Shown one piece after another: positions 59,307-64,000 of a DNA stretch of 64,000 nucleotides; the stretch's first letter is position 1, and every line of letters begins with the position of its first letter. The stretch lies in assembly GCA_027036135.1 (NCBI GenBank), contig JALVSY010000007.1, forward strand, positions 68,880-132,879, read 5' to 3'. The DNA is from Pyrodictiaceae archaeon (GTDB lineage Archaea > Thermoproteota > Thermoprotei_A > Sulfolobales > Pyrodictiaceae). Below the pieces are notes generated by a model. It was given only the letters and a program-made list of their open reading frames with translations. It had not been told where the DNA came from and did not search any database. Position numbers and translations under genes: made by a program.

Positions 59307-60407
59307 ATGGTGGAGGCTCCGGCCTTGAGCAGGGAACTAGACGAGTTCTGGGCCTTATTGAAGAAGCTCTCCGACGCGTTCGGCGTCTCGGGCTTCGAGG
59401 ACGAGATAAGAGGCATAATACTCGATGAGCTTAGGAGCGTGGCTGACGAGGTCCGCGTCGATAAATGGGGCAACGTTGTAGCGGTTAAGCGCGGCCAAAG
59501 GGACGGCGCCAAGGTCATGTGGGCCGCTCATATGGACGAGATAGGGTTCCTCGTACGCGCCATCGATGACAAGGGCTTCCTCTACCTAGCTCCTGTCGGT
59601 GGCTGGAGTGACCGCGTAGTGCCTGCTCAGAGGCTCCGGATAAGGCTCGACAACGGCCGCACCATATACGGCGTCGTGGGGATGAAGCCGCCCCATCTCC
59701 TATCACCGGAGGAGCAGAAGCAGGTAATCCCGCTCAACAAGCTCTTCGTAGACATTGGCGCCTCTAGCAGGGAGGAGGCAGAGAAGATGGGGCTACGAGT
59801 AGGACTACCAGTAGACCTCGACCGGGAGGCCGGGAGGCTCACAGAGACAAGGGTGACTGGCAAAGCCTTCGACGACAGAGTAGGGGTAGCAGTAATGCTC
59901 TGGGCCTTCAGGAACATAGACCCCGATGAGCAAACAGTGTACGCGGTAGCAACGGTACAAGAGGAGGTAGGGCTCAAGGGCGCAAGGATAGCGGCCTACC
60001 AGCTAAGACCAGACGCCGCAATAGCACTAGACGTTACAACAGCGAACGACGTACCAGACGTGCCGCCACAGGACAAGGTAGTGGAGCTAGGCAAGGGCCC
60101 CGCGATAAAAGTAGCCGATGGGAGAGGAGCAAGCGGGCTCATAGCACACCCCAAGATATTCCACCTCCTAGTAGAAACCGCCAAGGAGGAAGGCATACCC
60201 TACCAACTAGAACTACTACCCGGAGGAACCACCGACGCAGCAGCGATAGCATTCACAGTAGAGGGAGTACCAGCAGGAGCCATCTCAATACCAACCAGGT
60301 ACATCCACAGCCCAGTAGAGCTACTAGACCTAAGAGACGCCCTGAACAGTGCCAAGCTACTCGAAAAAGCAACACTAAGAATAACCAAACAATACCTAGA
60401 ACAATAG
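59307..60407 (+). CDS. M42 (TET-type) aminopeptidase
   Basis: GVSGFE, AAHMDEIG, KAFDDRVG, TVQEEVGLKGA, GTTDA, PTRYIHS. Confidence 0.92.
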   Translation: MVEAPALSRELDEFWALLKKLSDAFGVSGFEDEIRGIILDELRSVADEVRVDKWGNVVAVKRGQRDGAKVMWAAHMDEIGFLVRAIDDKGFLYLAPVGGWSDRVVPAQRLRIRLDNGRTIYGVVGMKPPHLLSPEEQKQVIPLNKLFVDIGASSREEAEKMGLRVGLPVDLDREAGRLTETRVTGKAFDDRVGVAVMLWAFRNIDPDEQTVYAVATVQEEVGLKGARIAAYQLRPDAAIALDVTTANDVPDVPPQDKVVELGKGPAIKVADGRGASGLIAHPKIFHLLVETAKEEGIPYQLELLPGGTTDAAAIAFTVEGVPAGAISIPTRYIHSPVELLDLRDALNSAKLLEKATLRITKQYLEQ

Positions 60408-60532
60408 TTTTTGTCTCCTTACCTATCCCTTAATAATTCCCTTAATAATCCATATGATGGGGCTGCGACGAGTAGGAACAGTGTCAAAGGACTAGTTAGT
60501 GCTGAACTAGCAGACGGGAGGATGCAAAGAAT

Positions 60533-60760
60533 ATGGCTCCAACTAATAACGACTTAGGTGAGCTATTTCGCCGAAAAGATCCATGGGGCTACTACGTTAT
60601 CCCTGCAAAACGTGATGCTCTGAGCGAGCTTCCAAGCGATTTGCTAAAGGCGCTTAACATAGAGGATGCTGGTGATGTTATACTTTTAAGGACGCGCTCA
60701 AGAGCCTTAGCGAGAAAAATAGCACTAATTCTTTTGAGAAAAAGTCTCCTAGCACAATGA
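60533..60760 (+). CDS. Small hypothetical protein
   Basis: 75 aa ATG ORF with upstream GGAGG. Confidence 0.6.
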   Translation: MAPTNNDLGELFRRKDPWGYYVIPAKRDALSELPSDLLKALNIEDAGDVILLRTRSRALARKIALILLRKSLLAQ

Positions 60761-60971
60761 AGCAGAATGTTGCCCAGGCTTTTCTTCCCCCATCGTAGAC
60801 GCTGAGATTACTTACTAGTAATATTATAATGTTGCTTGGAATATTTTTGTCCTCCCCAGTTCCCCGGTCAGAGATAAGTTTAAACGAGGTAAGCACTATT
60901 CAATAATACTTATACTATTCTACACGGAGGAAGCGAGAAACTAGGTAAAGGGACCACGGGGGTGAGGCCAT

Positions 60972-61454
60972 GTGACGAGGAGGGGTATTAACTGGGCGGC
61001 TGAAGTCCTCAAGAGGATTAAGGGCCTAGAGTTCCCGATAACCAAGGAGCAGCTAAAGGAGAGGCTCAAGGACTTCTACTACCACGGCATACCAGCAACT
61101 AGGATCGTTGACGAGGTTGACAAGGAGAGCTTTGCTAGCCCAGCAGAGCTACTAAAGGCTCTATCAGAGGCTATCAGAAAGCTAGAGGAGAGGGGCGAGC
61201 TACCAAGGGTAACTGGTAGGCGCGGCATCAACTGGGCCGCCGAGGTACTGAGGAGGATTAAGGGCCTAAGCTTCCCAGTGACTAAGGAGCAGCTAAAGGA
61301 GAGGCTAGCTGGGCTACAGTGGCAGGGCATTGAGATAACGAAGATACTTGACGAGATCGAGAAGGAGAGCTTCGCCTCCCCCGCCGAGCTGCTACACGAG
61401 CTAGCAGAGGCTATCAGAAAGCTAGAGGAGAGAGGAGAGGTACAGGCAAGCTGA
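60972..61454 (+). CDS. Tandem DUF2795-like repeat protein
   Basis: Two 80-aa copies of RRGINWAAEVLxRIKGLxFPxTKEQL..FASPAELL. Confidence 0.78.
   Translation: MTRRGINWAAEVLKRIKGLEFPITKEQLKERLKDFYYHGIPATRIVDEVDKESFASPAELLKALSEAIRKLEERGELPRVTGRRGINWAAEVLRRIKGLSFPVTKEQLKERLAGLQWQGIEITKILDEIEKESFASPAELLHELAEAIRKLEERGEVQAS
60978..61440 (+). repeat. Intragenic direct repeat, 240-nt period
   Basis: actggg at 60991 and 61231; aaggagcagctaaaggagaggct and gaggctatcagaaagctagaggagag identical in both copies. Confidence 0.85.
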
Positions 61455-61471
61455 GGAACGACTTAGTCCCT

Positions 61472-61666
61472 CTAGTCATCGTTTTTCTTAAGATTCTCGC
61501 ATAGCGCTATCTCACTTTGTAGTTTCTCTGATTCCTCCTCTATTTCTTCGAAGCTTGTCTCGCCGAACTTGGGATAATTAAGCGCTAGCTCAAAGGGATC
61601 TGGCACTAATTCCGTTGTTTCTGTTCTTTCACCGGTGCTATGTATTCTGATACCATGTCTTGTCAT
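61472..61666 (-). pseudogene. AbrB-type antitoxin remnant
   Basis: LVPDPFELALNYPKFGETSFEEIEEESEKLQ parallels the C-terminus of the 30245 antitoxin; AbrB N-terminus degraded, no toxin. Confidence 0.5.
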
Positions 61667-61829
61667 TACGTCTACCCTATGGTTCTCCTAGTCCCCTTTA
61701 TATGATAAAAATGCTGCGAGAGGTTATTGTTAACACGCGAAACATAATTAGGGCGAAGCTGTTTCGGAATCATGTTCCGGGATGAGTCTCTAGCCGGGAT
61801 AATGGTGGAGCCCCGGGTGATTAATTGCT

Positions 61830-62039
61830 ATGATTCTAGAAGCGCTGCGCCGCGTCGTGAACAACTATGTCTTTGGCTTCGTAGTCGTGACGCTTGTTTT
61901 CGCGCTGATGCTGCGCGGGCTCATCGCGGCGGGGGAGAGCATGCATGTAGGCCGCGACGTTGTCTTGGCTAGTGTCGCGCTGGCCACGCTTCTCTACGGG
62001 CTAGCTGTCGCAGCGACCCTCTATATTCGCAGGAAGTAG
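61830..62039 (+). CDS. Small two-TM membrane protein
   Basis: Two hydrophobic helices, basic tail. Confidence 0.6.
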   Translation: MILEALRRVVNNYVFGFVVVTLVFALMLRGLIAAGESMHVGRDVVLASVALATLLYGLAVAATLYIRRK

Positions 62040-62287
62040 TGCAGCAGCACCCACTGTGGCCGAGCAGCGCTCCTTATACAATGGCGCCTCCCCGACTTGT
62101 TTTCGCGACTATTCTTCGCCGAGAATCCTCCTTGTTGCTCTATTGTTGGTTGATTTCTCCGAGGCCTTAACTAGGGCTTTTATTGCCGCTATTATTACTT
62201 CTAGGCCGCTGGGAGCGGTATTTTGGTTTGTTCTTTCCGGGCTACGTAGGTCTTAGCTAGTGAGGCTGCCAAGGGTAGGGGGTCTAC

Positions 62288-63028
62288 TTGGCTGGTCGCA
62301 GCGGTGTGTCGGGGAGTATTGTCTTTGGAGAGGAGGTATCCTCAGGTCCTTGGAGGCTTAGGCGTAATGGTGTTGCCCGCATAGAGTTCCGTGACAACGT
62401 TATGAGGCTCTGTATGGGGCCTACTGAGGCGCTCTATTATTCCAACGCCGAGGTTAGTGATGGTGGGTTCGACTACTTGCCTCATAGTAGTGGTGTCTTG
62501 GAGGTTAATGCTAGGCTTACCCGGATGCACTTTGGTAGCGCGGGGTGGGGTTTCTGGAACTATAGTATGAGGATTGATGAGAGCTACCCTGTCTGGTTCA
62601 TCTACCTCTACACCCCCGGGCCCTACTTGCTCAAGGGCTTCTTCGCCCAGACTGGGGGCTTGTTCACCCCGGTAACGCTCTATCACCGCGGGGGCCGCGA
62701 GAAGCTCTACTACAGACTAATAGCGATTCTTTCTAGGATTGGGCTGGGGTTCGTACCTATACGTATTAGCCCTGGCCGCCCTGTTCTACCAGGCTTTGAT
62801 GTGACAAGGCCGCATAATTACCGTATTGAGTGGAGGCAGGGAGTTGCCCGCTACTATATCGATGGGAGGCTAGTCGCCGAGCATAGTGCTAGGCAGCTAC
62901 AGGCCCGCGTCGATATATGGATTGACAACGCTGTCTATACTCCCAGGCGCGGTGACCCCGCGAGGGTTTATCGCCACGTAACTATGGAGAACCGGGCCGA
63001 GGCCTGCCTAGAGATTATTGGGCTCTAG
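62288..63028 (+). CDS. Concanavalin A-like / GH16-like beta-sandwich protein
   Basis: YSNAEV, SAGWGFWN, HNYRIEW..YYIDGRLV, IWIDN. Confidence 0.65.
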   Translation: MAGRSGVSGSIVFGEEVSSGPWRLRRNGVARIEFRDNVMRLCMGPTEALYYSNAEVSDGGFDYLPHSSGVLEVNARLTRMHFGSAGWGFWNYSMRIDESYPVWFIYLYTPGPYLLKGFFAQTGGLFTPVTLYHRGGREKLYYRLIAILSRIGLGFVPIRISPGRPVLPGFDVTRPHNYRIEWRQGVARYYIDGRLVAEHSARQLQARVDIWIDNAVYTPRRGDPARVYRHVTMENRAEACLEIIGL

Positions 63029-63999
63029 TGGGAAGGGCATAGCTTGTTGCAGATGCTCCACTCGCTTGGCCCGCGGCTAGCTATGCACGCTAGGCATGCC
63101 GCTACCTGGCTTGCTGCTGGCCTCTCCCCGGGGTTTGTCGAGAGCATTTTCTCTAGCAGGGGTGCTAGTTTCTCGGCGCTACTCCTCCTAAGGAGCTTCG
63201 TTGCTTGTTCTGTGCTGCATGCCAGGCCTTTCTCGTAGTCTATTCTGCATAGCCTTGTGTGCTTGAAGCTTATGACTTGTTTCTGCTTCATACCGGTTAG
63301 TAGCTGAAGGAGTATCATCCCTAGGCTATACGTGTCCTGGCTAGGCTCTGCCACGGGTATTCTTGTACAAATAGGGGCTGTTTTCTTTCCCAGCTCGTTG
63401 CAGACCAGGTCGTAGCCCTCTAGCTCTGGTGCAGCGTAGCCAGGGGTGAGCTGCACCACTGGGCTACCTATCTTCACCGCTGCCCCTAGGTCGGATAGCT
63501 TGGGGACAATGCTTGCCCTCTCTGGTTCTAGTAGGGCTCTCTGTAGCTCGGGTAGCAGCCTTGTTGGCTCCACGGGGGGCTTCGAGGTGAACAAGATATT
63601 CTCGGGCTTCATGTCGCCGTGAACGTAGCCGCTTCCATGGACGTGGGCGAGGGCCTTAGCCACTACCGCGCCTATGGCGGCCACGACCCTGACCCACGAG
63701 GGGTTATTGGGGCTCGCTACTCGCCTCCTCCTAGCCTCCTCTAGGAACCCTACCAGGCTGCCACCGCCGAGGTACTCCATTATTATCGCTGGCGGCGATA
63801 CCATGTATATCTCTAGGCTGTCTTCCCTCACAGCCCTCGCGAGCCTCTCGGAGTCAATGTGTATCGCGCGCAGCCTCGCGACGTAGGGGCTCTTCTCGCT
63901 AAGCTCCCTGAGACTCATAGCCTCGCGCTCCAAGTCCCTCGCTACCACGAGGACGTCGCGTACAAGCCTGCTAGTAGTCTCCCCTGGGACCGGTGGCGG
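63025..63999 (-). CDS. Hanks-type Ser/Thr protein kinase (5' end outside the window)
   Basis: IMEYLGGGSL, VHGDMKPENILF, LSDLG, TPGYAAPE, DTYSLG; frame open to the window edge. Confidence 0.9.
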   Translation of the reverse strand, partial: PPPVPGETTSRLVRDVLVVARDLEREAMSLRELSEKSPYVARLRAIHIDSERLARAVREDSLEIYMVSPPAIIMEYLGGGSLVGFLEEARRRRVASPNNPSWVRVVAAIGAVVAKALAHVHGSGYVHGDMKPENILFTSKPPVEPTRLLPELQRALLEPERASIVPKLSDLGAAVKIGSPVVQLTPGYAAPELEGYDLVCNELGKKTAPICTRIPVAEPSQDTYSLGMILLQLLTGMKQKQVISFKHTRLCRIDYEKGLACSTEQATKLLRRSSAEKLAPLLEKMLSTNPGERPAASQVAACLACIASRGPSEWSICNKLCPSH

Positions 64000-64000
64000 G

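Noticed and set aside
60454-60506. ATGATGG..CTGA as a possible C/D-box sRNA
   Set aside because: No convincing internal D'/C' pair or terminal stem
1-64000. CRISPR array, tRNA or rRNA genes
   Set aside because: No regularly spaced 24-40 nt repeats, cloverleaf with TTCGA T-loop, or extended rRNA-like tract was found by eye in the intergenic regions
1-64000. Transposase, integrase or provirus
   Set aside because: No DDE, HUH/TnpB or tyrosine-recombinase motifs and no att-like direct repeats were seen

Overview
Gene-dense window from a hyperthermophilic crenarchaeon; a Desulfurococcales/Pyrodictiaceae-like origin is inferred from gene content and CTA/AGG-rich codon use. The housekeeping backbone is intact: asnS, sfsA, a tungsten AOR-family enzyme, two four-subunit 2-oxoacid:ferredoxin oxidoreductase operons, both halves of a split MetE, a MetF-like gene, two radical SAM proteins, M20/M42 peptidases, a peptide/nickel-type ABC cluster and a partial Ser/Thr kinase. 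Interspersed are about 10 apparently intact toxin-antitoxin modules (VapBC, HEPN-MNT, MazEF-like, DUF6516-type), one frameshifted pair, several orphan or remnant antitoxins, and four archaeal STAND-like ATPases. Reading the intergenic DNA revealed two good and one weak C/D-box guide sRNA; one has a guide that fits the wobble base U34 of tRNA-Arg(UCU). The most novel-looking locus is an uncharacterised five-gene cluster at 22.6-25.0 kb with an upstream palindrome, paralogous small proteins, a PD-(D/E)xK-like nuclease and a very basic protein, lying inside a defence-rich stretch. Several accessory genes carry frameshifts or in-frame stops while core genes do not. No tRNA, rRNA, CRISPR array, transposase or integrase was seen. 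All calls come from motif recognition by eye, without database searches.
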